This document shows, in pieces, positions 1 to 9,464 of a stretch of DNA of 64,000 bases. The stretch is from Terriglobia bacterium. Its GTDB lineage: Bacteria > Acidobacteriota > Terriglobia > 20CM-2-55-15. Position 1 is the stretch's first letter. The number at the start of each line of letters is the position of its first letter. The translations under genes were made by a program, and so were the position numbers. The notes under the pieces are model-generated. The model had not been told where the DNA came from. It saw only the letters and a program-made list of their open reading frames with translations, and searched no databases. The stretch lies in the NCBI GenBank assembly GCA_965198225.1, contig CBDAOY010000009.1, positions 160,001 through 224,000 on the forward strand, given 5' to 3'.

Positions 1-174
1 GGATTGATCGACGTTTAGAGCAGGGTTGGTCCAAACGAAGTGCAGGTCGTAGCCGCGCTGCTCGACCGACAGATCCTGAACAGCCTCGGGAATCCTTACG
101 AAAGGAGGGAGCGGATCACCGACCTTCCCGCAACCGAGCGTGGCGAGAACTATCCCGATCGTAAGCAGACGCAT
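1..174 (-). CDS. Lipoprotein, 5' part (runs off the window edge)
   Basis: Manual translation MRLLTIGIVLATLGCGKVGDPLPPFVRIPEAVQDLSVEQRG...: hydrophobic stretch, LGC lipobox and Pro-rich motif; not in the ORF track. Confidence 0.7.
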   Translation of the reverse strand, partial: MRLLTIGIVLATLGCGKVGDPLPPFVRIPEAVQDLSVEQRGYDLHFVWTNPALNVDQS

Positions 175-204
175 ACCCAAAGATTTCTGAAATTTTGCAG
201 AGAC

Positions 205-270
205 AATCAGCCATCAGCTCCCAGCCTTTTGTTTCGTGGCTGAAACCTGAATGCCGATCGCTGACAGCAC
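205..270. repeat. Degenerate heptamer repeats (ATCAGCC / GCTGAxA type), inverted halves
   Basis: aatcagccatcagctcccagc ... gctgaaacctgaatgccgatcgctgacagc just past the hslU stop. Confidence 0.5.
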
Positions 271-272
271 GC

Positions 273-1658
273 CTACAGGATGTAGCGACTCAGGTCCTGA
301 TCCTTGACGATGTCCTTGAGCATCTTTTCCACGTAGGTTGCATCGATCTCCACCCTCTTTTTGTCCAGGTCGGGCCCTTCGAAAGAGATCTCGTCCAGAA
401 GCTTCTCCATTATCGTGTGCAGACGGCGGGCGCCGATATTCTCGGTGGTCTCGTTGACCATGGCAGCGAAACGTGCGATCTCGAATACCGCATCCTCGGT
501 GAAGGACAGCTTGATTCCTTCCGTGTCCATCAGCGCAACATACTGTTTGATGAGGGCGTTCTGGGGCTCCGTCAGTATCCGAACGAAATCCTCCATTGTC
601 AGCGATTCCAACTCGACACGAATGGGGAACCGGCCCTGGAGTTCGGGAATCAGGTCCGATGGCTTGCTGACGTGGAAGGCGCCGGCTGCAAAGAACAGGA
701 CGTGGTCGGTCCGGATCATGCCGTAACGGGTGTTGATCGTCGTGCCTTCGACGATCGGAAGGATATCGCGCTGGACCCCTTCCCTGCTCACGTCCGGCCC
801 GTGGCCCGATTCCCGACCGGCAATCTTGTCGATCTCGTCGAGAAAGATGATGCCGTTGTTCTCGGTACGCTCGACTGCAATTCTCGTGACCTGCTCCATG
901 TCGACAAGCTTCTGTTCCTCCTCCTGGATCGTGTACTCGATAGCTTCAGCCACTTTCATCTTGCGCTTCTTCGTACGCTGACCCAGGAATCCGGGGAGTA
1001 TATCCTTGATGTTGATATCCATCTCCTCGACGCCGCTGTTGCTGATGACCTCGAAAGCCGGGAAGCTGCGCTCCTTGACCTCGACTTCCACGGTTCGATC
1101 GTCCAGTTTTCCCTCGCGAAGCTGCACCCTCAATTTCTCACGCGTCCGCTCCCATTGTTCCGCCGCACGCGCCCGTTCCTCGGCATCTGCGTCCCGGTTG
1201 GCGCTTATCGGAGGCAGCAGCAGGTCGAGAATTCGCTCTTCGGCGTTGATTTCCGCCTTCTCGGCGACTTCCTCGAGCTTTTCGTTACGGACCATGTCGA
1301 TCGAAATCTCGACCAGATCACGGATCATCGACTCGACATCGCGCCCTACATAGCCCACCTCGGTGAACTTCGAGGCTTCGACCTTCAGGAACGGGGAGTT
1401 CGCCAACCTTGCCAGGCGGCGAGCGACCTCGGTCTTTCCGACACCGGTCGGGCCGATCATGATGATGTTCTTCGGCATCACCTCTTCGGCCATGTCCGGC
1501 GCCAGTTTCTGACGTCGGACACGGTTGCGCAGCGCGATGGCAACGGCGCGCTTTGCGGCGGCCTGTCCGATGACGTACTTGTCCAGTTCGCGGACGGTTT
1601 CTCTCGGGGTCAATTCGTCGAGATGAGGTGTGGGATTCGGGGCTTCGTATGCAAACAT
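273..1658 (-). CDS. hslU: HslU ATP-dependent protease ATPase subunit
   Basis: Walker [45 protein letters not shown]-terminal DLSRYIL; start set at MFAYE. Confidence 0.97.
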   Translation of the reverse strand: MFAYEAPNPTPHLDELTPRETVRELDKYVIGQAAAKRAVAIALRNRVRRQKLAPDMAEEVMPKNIIMIGPTGVGKTEVARRLARLANSPFLKVEASKFTEVGYVGRDVESMIRDLVEISIDMVRNEKLEEVAEKAEINAEERILDLLLPPISANRDADAEERARAAEQWERTREKLRVQLREGKLDDRTVEVEVKERSFPAFEVISNSGVEEMDINIKDILPGFLGQRTKKRKMKVAEAIEYTIQEEEQKLVDMEQVTRIAVERTENNGIIFLDEIDKIAGRESGHGPDVSREGVQRDILPIVEGTTINTRYGMIRTDHVLFFAAGAFHVSKPSDLIPELQGRFPIRVELESLTMEDFVRILTEPQNALIKQYVALMDTEGIKLSFTEDAVFEIARFAAMVNETTENIGARRLHTIMEKLLDEISFEGPDLDKKRVEIDATYVEKMLKDIVKDQDLSRYIL

Positions 1659-1712
1659 TTCCAAAACCAAGAAGACTAGCACCGACAAGTCTGGTCGTCG
1701 GGGCCGGGAGAC

Positions 1713-1987
1713 CTAGTGGCCTGCAACGGACAGCGTGACAGCGTCGCCGATGGGTCTTGCGGGCATTCTCACGAATCGTTGCCGGTCGAAGAACATCGGC
1801 CTTCTTCTAGACGGCTCATACGCCGCGGCTCGCAAGATCCATCGTCCCTTCGGGTGGCGGCGGAACAGCACCGTCTTCGTTGTCGCGCCTTCTCGCAATG
1901 AAACAGCATTACCTCGGGCGACGCTCCTAGAATCCGGTGCCGTTGCGCTCGCAACGCCACTATCAATCTCTCTGTTACAGGCCACTA
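1713..1987 (+). mobile_element. Non-autonomous TIR element, family A copy 1 (2 modules)
   Basis: Ends CTAGTGGCCTGCAAC ... GTTACAGGCCACTA; right TA lies in the hslV stop codon; homologous to the copies at 6442, 42406, 46540 and 51966. Confidence 0.9.
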
Positions 1988-2521
1988 CAATTCTTCCACT
2001 GTGATGTTGCTGTTGGTGTAAATGCAGATGTCGGCGGCGATCTTCAGCGACTGCTCGGCGATCTCCCGCGCGCTCATGTCGGAACACGACGAGAAGGCGC
2101 GTGCGGCCGCCAGGGCATAGGATCCTCCCGATCCGATGCCGAGAATGCCGTCATCCGGCTCGATCAGATCGCCGGTTCCAGAAATCAGGAACGTCGTCTT
2201 GCCGTCTGCGACGATCATAACGGCCTCGAGTTGACGCAGGCTCTTGTCGGTACGCCAATCTTTTGCCAATTCGACGGCCGCCCGGCCCAGGTTTCCATTG
2301 AACTGCTCCAGCTTGGACTCGAACCTCGAAAAGAGCGCAAAGCTGTCCGCCGAGGACCCTGCGAAGGCCGCCAGGATGCGGTCGTTGTAAAGGCGTCGAA
2401 TCTTCCTGGCACCCTGCTTGACCACGGTGTCGCCCAGGGTAACCTGGCCGTCGCCGGCAAGAGCCACCTGCTCGCCCTTCCGGACGCAGATGACGGTCGT
2501 GGAGTGGGCGTGAGCGGGCAT
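1985..2521 (-). CDS. hslV: HslV protease subunit
   Basis: N-terminal [39 protein letters not shown]. Confidence 0.97.
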   Translation of the reverse strand: MPAHAHSTTVICVRKGEQVALAGDGQVTLGDTVVKQGARKIRRLYNDRILAAFAGSSADSFALFSRFESKLEQFNGNLGRAAVELAKDWRTDKSLRQLEAVMIVADGKTTFLISGTGDLIEPDDGILGIGSGGSYALAAARAFSSCSDMSAREIAEQSLKIAADICIYTNSNITVEEL

Positions 2522-2525
2522 CGGG

Positions 2526-3278
2526 TCAGTTCTTCGTGTACCTGAGGACAGCGGGAGTGAAGACACGGTCGGCGATGCCGGAGTTGTAGGCAACTTCGTC
2601 GAAGCGGATCTCCATCGTTTTCATGCCGTTCGTGTACCGGTTGATCAGCAGGGGCGTCAGCACGTTCTGGATCTCGTGATAGTTGCTGTACACCTCTTCG
2701 TGAACGGCCGGATCGTCCAGACGCCGCATCGTCTTCTTTACCAGGAGACCGCTCTCGCGATCGATGAACAGGTTGATGCGCGTCCGGTCTTGGTCCCGTA
2801 TCTCCAGGATGTCCACTCTCTTGAAGTCGATGATTTCGCGACCGACGTACTGCAGCGTAGTTCTCTCTTCTCCGATCACGAAGCGCATGAGGAAGTCGAG
2901 GCTGACCTTGAACTCCTCCCAGAAAACCTCAATCTGTTCCCCTATCTGGTCATCGACTTCTTTGTCGCTGATGTTCCATCCTTCGTCACCATTGTTGACC
3001 CGAGCCGACTTGCGGTCTTCGCCGAATTCGGTCCGCTCTTTGTCGGGAAACTTGATGTAGTCGGAAAAGAACTCTCCGCCGATCAGTTCTCCCCGCTGGA
3101 ATTGAAAGAACCGACCGTGGGCCGCGATATCTTTGACATCCATATAGGCCGCGCCGCCCAGCCTCAGCACCGCTTTGTCCAGGATGTCCTGCGGATCGAT
3201 CTGCGCACGGGCATCGGTAGGAGCCCACAACGCCGCCAGGGCACACAAGAAACCGGCGAAAAAGCATTTCCCTGTCAT
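2526..3278 (-). CDS. Exported protein, possible LolA-like/outer-membrane sorting fold
   Basis: Signal peptide ending ARA-Q; beta-rich body with YSNY..I.NVL.P motif; start at MTGKC. Confidence 0.6.
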   Translation of the reverse strand: MTGKCFFAGFLCALAALWAPTDARAQIDPQDILDKAVLRLGGAAYMDVKDIAAHGRFFQFQRGELIGGEFFSDYIKFPDKERTEFGEDRKSARVNNGDEGWNISDKEVDDQIGEQIEVFWEEFKVSLDFLMRFVIGEERTTLQYVGREIIDFKRVDILEIRDQDRTRINLFIDRESGLLVKKTMRRLDDPAVHEEVYSNYHEIQNVLTPLLINRYTNGMKTMEIRFDEVAYNSGIADRVFTPAVLRYTKN

Positions 3279-3319
3279 GAAGCGTAGATTATAGCCAATT
3301 TGCGTCATTTCGCCTCTTC

Positions 3320-4036
3320 TCACCGAACATCGCGTGCAGCATCCACGAATGCCGTGAAGATGGAGCGGGCGAACCGATCCGTGCTCCATCCGGTTTCGGG
3401 ATGCCATTGCACACCGATCGCGAACGTCCCGGTGGTGTCCTCGACGGCTTCGACGACGCCGTCGGGAGCGAGGGCCACAGACCGCAGGTTTCTTCCGGGC
3501 ACGTCGATCGACTGGTGGTGATAGCTGTTCACTTGTGCTTCCGGATCCGGGTGCAATCGCCTCATCCAAGTACCTTCGAGCCTTACGCTGTGGGACTTGA
3601 TCTCCTTCGGCTCGCCCTCCCGGTCGTGCTCGAGGGCCTCGGGTATCTCGGACGGAATGTCCTGGATCAGCGTGCCTCCGCGGTACACGTTCAGGCTCTG
3701 CGCGCCGTAGCAGATGCCGAGCACCGGCAGTCCGGCGCTCGCGGCCGCTGCGAGCAGGATGAAGTCGGTATTGTCCCTTTCGGCGAACACCCGACCGAGC
3801 TTCTCGTGCGGTTCGCGCCCGTAATGGGCCGGATCGATATCGTTCGGGCTTCCGGGAAGCAGAATCCCGTCGAGGCGCCGTGCGTATTCGTCGATCAGAT
3901 CCTGCTCGCTGCCGACAGGAATCAAAACCGGAACCCCACCCGCCGATCGGACGGCATCCAGGTAGAACCGGTCCTGACTGAAACGGTGTTTCTCGTCATC
4001 GTATCGGGTCGGCATGCCGATCCAGGGGGTTCTCAC
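3320..4036 (-). CDS. Peptidase C26 / gamma-glutamyl-GABA hydrolase family glutamine amidotransferase
   Basis: GILLPGS.NDIDP, PVLGICYGAQ, VNSYHHQ, GVQWHPE. Confidence 0.93.
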   Translation of the reverse strand: MRTPWIGMPTRYDDEKHRFSQDRFYLDAVRSAGGVPVLIPVGSEQDLIDEYARRLDGILLPGSPNDIDPAHYGREPHEKLGRVFAERDNTDFILLAAAASAGLPVLGICYGAQSLNVYRGGTLIQDIPSEIPEALEHDREGEPKEIKSHSVRLEGTWMRRLHPDPEAQVNSYHHQSIDVPGRNLRSVALAPDGVVEAVEDTTGTFAIGVQWHPETGWSTDRFARSIFTAFVDAARDVR

Positions 4037-4851
4037 GACTGATTCCTCGTGGCCGGGCTTGGGGAAGCAGCGGGGCCATGGAACACCGAGACGATGGTCT
4101 CCCGCACTGCACCGGCAATCTCATCCAGCGTCATAGTGTTGGACGGGAACCGCTCACCGATTGTCACCGTCACATCCCCTCCGCGGACCCGGCCCGACCC
4201 CGGCGCGAATACCCAACGGGTGCCTTGGATCGTCGCGGGAACGATCTCCGCCCCTGATCTTTCGGCGACCGCGAACGCGCCGCCTTTGAAAGATCCGATC
4301 TCACCGTTCCGGCTCGTTCGGCCCTCCGGAAAGATGATGACCGGTGTGCCACCGCGACTACCTTCCACCGAGCGCTCCAAGGCCCGCACGGCCGCAAGCG
4401 GGTTTCCGCGATCGACAGGGACATGGCCGGCGCGGCGGAGATGCCACCCGAGGAACGGGACACCAAAGAGCTCCTTTTTCGCGGCAAAGCGAACCGGGTC
4501 TGGAATGGACGCCAGCAGCACCGGAATGTCCATGTAGCTCTGATGGTTGACGCAAAGCAGATACTGGCCGCCGCGCGGGAGATGCCCGAGGCCATCCACC
4601 CGAACCCGGACGCGCGAGACGAACAGGACGAACCGCGACCAGATTCGAGCACACGCGTGCTGAAACCGACCTTGCGGGTCCGCGAGCGAACCGACCAGCG
4701 ATGTGGACGCCATCAAGACGGTCGCGGCGATGATCAACGGCGCGGTCCAGAGCAACGTCCTGGGATAGATCAACCGGTCAGAGACTACGGCCCAGACGGT
4801 CCCCGTGGGGCCTTTGCAGGAACGGGGATCTGCTCTGTCCGGAAAACTCAT
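4033..4851 (-). CDS. plsC: 1-acyl-sn-glycerol-3-phosphate acyltransferase
   Basis: NHQSYMD (HX4D), FAAKKEL, FPEGRTS; ATGA overlap with the folC stop. Confidence 0.88.
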   Translation of the reverse strand: MSFPDRADPRSCKGPTGTVWAVVSDRLIYPRTLLWTAPLIIAATVLMASTSLVGSLADPQGRFQHACARIWSRFVLFVSRVRVRVDGLGHLPRGGQYLLCVNHQSYMDIPVLLASIPDPVRFAAKKELFGVPFLGWHLRRAGHVPVDRGNPLAAVRALERSVEGSRGGTPVIIFPEGRTSRNGEIGSFKGGAFAVAERSGAEIVPATIQGTRWVFAPGSGRVRGGDVTVTIGERFPSNTMTLDEIAGAVRETIVSVFHGPAASPSPATRNQS

Positions 4852-6098
4852 TCGTCGATTCCAAGCGCCTCTCTGGCCTCTCCGACCAGGTAGAGGGAGC
4901 CGGCTACCAGAACGGTTGCGTCGCCCGGAGCGTTGTGTCTGACGTATTCGATCGCTTCCCTGACCGAGGCGGTAACCATGGATCCCGGTGATAGCTCGAC
5001 GAGATCGACGGGATCGACCGAACGGGCATTCGCAGTTCGGGTGAAGACGATCTGCCGGGCGTGCGGGCGTATATGACCCAGTATGCCGGCGTGATCCTTC
5101 TCGCGCATGCTCGCAAACACCAGCCATACGCCTTCGGGATAGTACTCCGCCAGAAAACGTGCCAACGCCGCCGCCGCGGGCACGTTGTGCCCACCGTCGA
5201 GGAGAAACGCGGGTGTACCGTCGAGCTTTTCCAACCTGCCCGGCCAGGTAGCGCGGTTCACACCGCTGGCGATTCTGTCCGCATCGATCGGCCACCCTTG
5301 GGCCTCGAGACACTCGGCAGTACGAACGGCGACGACGAGGTTGTCCACCTGGTGACGACCGGGAATGCGCGGACGCAGAGAGAAGTAGTCCCGGACTGGC
5401 GTCTGAAGATCGACGTCGAGAAACCCTTCCCCAAGGTTCCGCACTTCGGTTGCGACCCCCGACGCGTCGACCAGCCGTCCCCCCGCCCGCCCGGCAACAC
5501 AGTCAAAGTCCGCACCGGCGCCGATGATGACCGGTTCGGCGTGTTTGATGATCCCTGCCTTCTCAGCCGCGATCTGGGAGAGTCGCTCGCCGAGGTATTC
5601 GGTGTGATCCAGACCGATGTTCGTGATCACGGAAGCGTCCTGGTGCACCAGGTTCGTCGCGTCGAGCCTACCCCCGAGCCCGACTTCGAGTACGGCCTTC
5701 TCCACCCGCGTACTGAAGTAGGTAAAGGCCACAGCGGTCACCAGTTCGAAGTAGGTCGGGGGGTAGAGCAGGCGGGGTGCGGCGCGGCGAGCCGCCGCCG
5801 CCACGATGTCGAAGGCCTCGTCGAGGTCATCCTCACTGATGGGGCAGCTTCCTATGGATACGCGCTCGTTCAGGCGAACAAGGTGGGGCGAAGTGAAGAG
5901 ACCGGCCTCGGGAACCATCGCTGAGAGCCACCTGGCGACGGAGCCTTTCCCGTTGGTTCCCGCGATGAGCACCGAACGGAAGTTCCGATGCGGGTTGCCG
6001 AGGGCATCCGAGAGGGCCTCGATATTGCGAAGGTCGTACCGGAGAGAACGGTACTCATTCCGGAGGGAGAAAAGACGCTGGATGTCGTCGCTCTTCAT
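4848..6098 (-). CDS. folC: Folylpolyglutamate synthase/dihydrofolate synthase
   Basis: IAGTNGKGS, FTSPHL, EVGLGGRLDATN, WPGRLE, LDGGHN, AGSLYLVGE. Confidence 0.95.
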   Translation of the reverse strand: MKSDDIQRLFSLRNEYRSLRYDLRNIEALSDALGNPHRNFRSVLIAGTNGKGSVARWLSAMVPEAGLFTSPHLVRLNERVSIGSCPISEDDLDEAFDIVAAAARRAAPRLLYPPTYFELVTAVAFTYFSTRVEKAVLEVGLGGRLDATNLVHQDASVITNIGLDHTEYLGERLSQIAAEKAGIIKHAEPVIIGAGADFDCVAGRAGGRLVDASGVATEVRNLGEGFLDVDLQTPVRDYFSLRPRIPGRHQVDNLVVAVRTAECLEAQGWPIDADRIASGVNRATWPGRLEKLDGTPAFLLDGGHNVPAAAALARFLAEYYPEGVWLVFASMREKDHAGILGHIRPHARQIVFTRTANARSVDPVDLVELSPGSMVTASVREAIEYVRHNAPGDATVLVAGSLYLVGEAREALGIDE

Positions 6099-6163
6099 CG
6101 GATGGCGCTCTGGCAACCCGTGGCCAGAAGTCTGCTGGCTCGCGCTACGGCGGGCGCCAGGTG

Positions 6164-6333
6164 CTAGCCCGGATTATTCATGAATTGTCTACTGCACCGG
6201 CGGATACACTCGCAGATACGGCGTTGCGCTAACGGGCCGGCCTCCGCATTTGATCCAGACACGCCGCCCTCGCGGCCTTGTCTCGCGGCGTCTCCACCGC
6301 TTCGCGACGACAACCACGAATAATCCGGGCTAG
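6164..6333. mobile_element. Non-autonomous TIR element, family B (170 bp)
   Basis: Perfect 16-bp inverted termini CTAGCCCGGATTATTC / GAATAATCCGGGCTAG with an imperfect hairpin interior. Confidence 0.8.
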
Positions 6334-6441
6334 GAGTCTGCGCGGCAGAAGAAACCCGGTACTACATGTCGATGCTAAGTGCTGCGCACACACACTATGC
6401 TGTGGTCACAATGACCCAAAATCGTTCTACCGCGCAGACTC

Positions 6442-6922
6442 CTAGTAGCCTGTAACAGAGATAGTGACAGCGTCGCCGATGGGCCTTGCGGGTCCTCCCC
6501 CGAGTCGTTGCGGCACGAAAAACGCCGTTTTCCTGGCTCCTCTGCGTGGCCGGCAAGACCCATCGTCCCTTCGGGTTGCGGCGGAACAGCACCGTCCTTC
6601 GTTGTCGCGCCTTCTCGCAATGAAGCAGCATTTCCTCGGGCGGCGCTCCTTGTACCCGGTCCCATAGATAGGGAGCGTAACGCCGATGGGTCTTGGCGGC
6701 GAGGTCGCGGAGCGAGGCGCGAAGTGATGCTCTTTCATCCTGAGCGGCGAGCGACAAAGAGATCGCCGCAACCCCCATCGGCCCGAAGGGTTCGGGCGGA
6801 ACGGTCGAGTCTTCGTTGCCGCGACCTTTCTTGGTAAGACCCTCTTCCCATCGGTCCTCGTCGCTCCTAGAATCCGATGTCGTTGCGCTCGCAACGCCAC
6901 TATCACTCTCTCTGTTGCAGGC
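6442..6922 (+). mobile_element. Family A copy 2, composite with 4 modules and a degenerate right end
   Basis: Left end CTAGTAGCCTGTAAC; a second CGCCGATGGG..CCCATCGG unit starts at 6681; right end CTGTTGCAGGC. Confidence 0.85.
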
Positions 6923-6950
6923 GCCGCAATCCATGGATAAGCGGGTCTAC

Positions 6951-7790
6951 TCAACCGATGAAAAACTTCAGAGAGCGGACCAGATAGGGCTTCAAGTCGC
7001 GACGCTCGACGATCGCATCGAGCATACCGTGCTCAAGAAGAAACTCGCTCCGCTGAAAACCCTCCGGCAGCGTCTGTCGGATCGTCTGCTCGATGACGCG
7101 GGGACCGGCAAAGCCGATCAAAGCCTTCGGTTCGGCAATGTTGATATCGCCCAACATCGCATAGCTTGCCGAAACACCGCCAGTGGTCGGGTCGGTCAGG
7201 ACGGAAACGTACGGCAGGCGCGCTTCGGCCAGTCGCGCGAGCGCGCCAGAGATCTTGGCCATCTGCATCAGGCTCAGCGCTCCCTCCTGCATGCGGGCGC
7301 CGCCGGAGCATGAAACGATGACCAGGGCCGCGCGGTTCGTCAGGGCGTGTTCGATGGCGCGCGTAATCTTCTCTCCCACCACCGACCCCATTGACCCTCC
7401 GATGAACTCGTACGCCATCGCCGCGATCACCGCGGGGTGCCCTCCGAGAGTTCCGACTCCTGTAACGACGGCCTCCCTGGTCCCGGACCTGCCGGCCAGG
7501 GCGGCCAGCGTCTTGTCGTATTCCTTGGCGGCCTTGAACTCAAGCGGATCGGTGGCATAGAGCCCCGCGTCCATCTCTCTCCATTCGCCGTCGAAAAGTA
7601 GGTGCAGTCGATCGAAGGCGCCGATCTTGTAGTGGTGGTGGCACTTCGGACAGACCTGAAGGTTGGCGTCGATGTCCTTCTTCCAGACCGGCTCCTTGCA
7701 ACTGACGCACTTCTGCCAGAGGCCTTCCGGGATGACCTTCCGCTCCTGGTCGACTTCCATCGACTTCTTTTCCCGCTTGAACCAAGCCAT
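6951..7790 (-). CDS. accD: Acetyl-CoA carboxylase carboxyltransferase beta subunit
   Basis: Zn finger CVSC...CPKC, FIGGSMGSVVGEKI, SGGARMQEG, FAGPRVIEQT. Confidence 0.97.
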   Translation of the reverse strand: MAWFKREKKSMEVDQERKVIPEGLWQKCVSCKEPVWKKDIDANLQVCPKCHHHYKIGAFDRLHLLFDGEWREMDAGLYATDPLEFKAAKEYDKTLAALAGRSGTREAVVTGVGTLGGHPAVIAAMAYEFIGGSMGSVVGEKITRAIEHALTNRAALVIVSCSGGARMQEGALSLMQMAKISGALARLAEARLPYVSVLTDPTTGGVSASYAMLGDINIAEPKALIGFAGPRVIEQTIRQTLPEGFQRSEFLLEHGMLDAIVERRDLKPYLVRSLKFFIG

Positions 7791-7830
7791 AGATTATTGA
7801 TTATACAAAGGATACTTGAAATCTTGAAGA

Positions 7831-8025
7831 AGCTATCAGCTGTTCAGCCTTCGGCGGTCAGCCCTCAGCGGTTCAGCTGCCGGAGGAAGTTCCTGAGAGT
7901 GCCTTTGATTTCGGTCATCTCTGCCAAACATACTATCGTGAAGGCCGGGCGGTGAGGAGAAGCGGAGACCTTCGAAACGCAATGTGATTTCTCTGCTGAA
8001 AGCGGACAGCCGAGGACTGAAAGCT
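7831..8025 (-). pseudogene. Heptamer-repeat-flanked remnant, possibly of a four-helix-bundle (IVP-like) gene
   Basis: TCAGC-type repeats at 7831-7878 and GCTGA-type at 7995-8025 flank a minus-strand segment encoding ...LAEMTEIKGTLRNFLRQLNR*. Confidence 0.4.
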
Positions 8026-8027
8026 CG

Positions 8028-9464
8028 CTACGGGCCGAAGACTTCCTCCGCTGCGCGACGCAAGCGGAGGGCCGTCTTATCGCGTCCAAGGACGACCATG
8101 ACGTCGAATATGCCTGGGGCGACCGCCTTGCCAGTGAGCGATACACGGGAGGCGTTGATCAACAAGCCTGCTTTGACGCCCAGCTCGCCGGCCAGCGAGC
8201 GCAGTGCCGTCTCGGTGGTTTCCAGATCGAATGGTTCCAGCGCCTCGAGCCGGCGCGCCAGCGCCGGCAAATACTCCGCGAGTTTCGAATCCTTCATGAA
8301 CCGCTCCACAGCCGGGGGCTCGTACTCCACGCGCTCGCCCGTGTACGTCGTTGCTGCCGCCGCCACATCGTTCAACGACCGAAACCGTGGACGGATCAGG
8401 CCAATCATCGCGGAAAACCAGTCAGCATCCGTGCCCGCGAACCGGTCCTCCCAGAGCCCGAGATCGTCCATCATCGGGCGGAGGCGTTTGACGAGGTCGT
8501 CGAGCGGGAGCGCTTTGATGTATCGACCGTTGAACCAGGACAGCTTCTCGGCATCGAACACAGCGTTCGCCTTGGAGATGCCCCCGAGCGAGAACGCCTC
8601 GATAAGTTCTTCACGGTTGAAGACCTCCTGATCGGTCCCCGATGACCAACCAAGCAGGACGAGAAAATTACGGAAGGCTTCGGGAAGGATGCCCTGATCG
8701 CGGTATGCGAGTACCGACGTCGCTCCGTGCCGCTTGCTGAGCCTGCTCTTGTCCGGACCCAGGATCAGAGGAACATGGACGAACTCCGGCGACGACACCT
8801 CGAAAGCGTCGTAGAGCAGGAGTTGCTTCGGTGTGTTGGAAATATGGTCTGCACCACGCAGGACATGAGTGATCTTCATGTCGATGTCGTCTGCGACGAC
8901 ACTCAGGTGGTAGGTCGGATGACCGTCGGAGCGAAGAAGGATGAAGTCCTCGATTTCGTCGAATCCCCGCTCGATGGGGCCGAACACCGCGTCGTCGAAC
9001 CGAACCGGCTGGTCGGGCACCTTGAGGCGGACCGCGGCCGGCTCCCCTTTTTCCAGTCTGCTGCGAATTTCCCCTTCTCCCAGCGAGAGACACGCTCGAT
9101 CGTACTTCCACTCCACTTTCGTCGAAGAGTCCCGGGCGCGTTTGGCGGCGAGCGAAGCGGGCGAACAGAAGCAGTAGTAAGCCTGTTGCTGGCGGATCAA
9201 CCGCATCGCCCTGTCCCGGTAGCCGGCGACGCGGGTGGACTGCAGGTAGGGGCCTTCGTCCCAGTCCAGCCCCATCCACTTCATGGCCTCGAATATCCCC
9301 TCGACCATGTCTGCGCTGGATCGCTCGACATCGGTATCTTCGATGCGCAAAACGAAGACGCCCCCCATCTTCTGCGCAAAAAGCCAGTTGAAGAGCGCTG
9401 TTCGAGCGCCGCCGACGTGCAGATAGCCGGTAGGAGACGGGGCAAAGCGGACGCGAACAGTCAT
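8028..9464 (-). CDS. gltX: Glutamate--tRNA ligase
   Basis: RFAPSPTGYLHVG (HIGH), LRIEDTD, RGADHISNT, RLSKR (KMSKS-type). Confidence 0.97.
   Translation of the reverse strand: MTVRVRFAPSPTGYLHVGGARTALFNWLFAQKMGGVFVLRIEDTDVERSSADMVEGIFEAMKWMGLDWDEGPYLQSTRVAGYRDRAMRLIRQQQAYYCFCSPASLAAKRARDSSTKVEWKYDRACLSLGEGEIRSRLEKGEPAAVRLKVPDQPVRFDDAVFGPIERGFDEIEDFILLRSDGHPTYHLSVVADDIDMKITHVLRGADHISNTPKQLLLYDAFEVSSPEFVHVPLILGPDKSRLSKRHGATSVLAYRDQGILPEAFRNFLVLLGWSSGTDQEVFNREELIEAFSLGGISKANAVFDAEKLSWFNGRYIKALPLDDLVKRLRPMMDDLGLWEDRFAGTDADWFSAMIGLIRPRFRSLNDVAAAATTYTGERVEYEPPAVERFMKDSKLAEYLPALARRLEALEPFDLETTETALRSLAGELGVKAGLLINASRVSLTGKAVAPGIFDVMVVLGRDKTALRLRRAAEEVFGP

Noticed and set aside
195-1679. Long plus-strand ORF of 494 aa and similar antisense ORFs (e.g. 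49000-50313, 50362-51834)
   Set aside because: Shadow ORFs opposite well-supported genes in GC-rich DNA.
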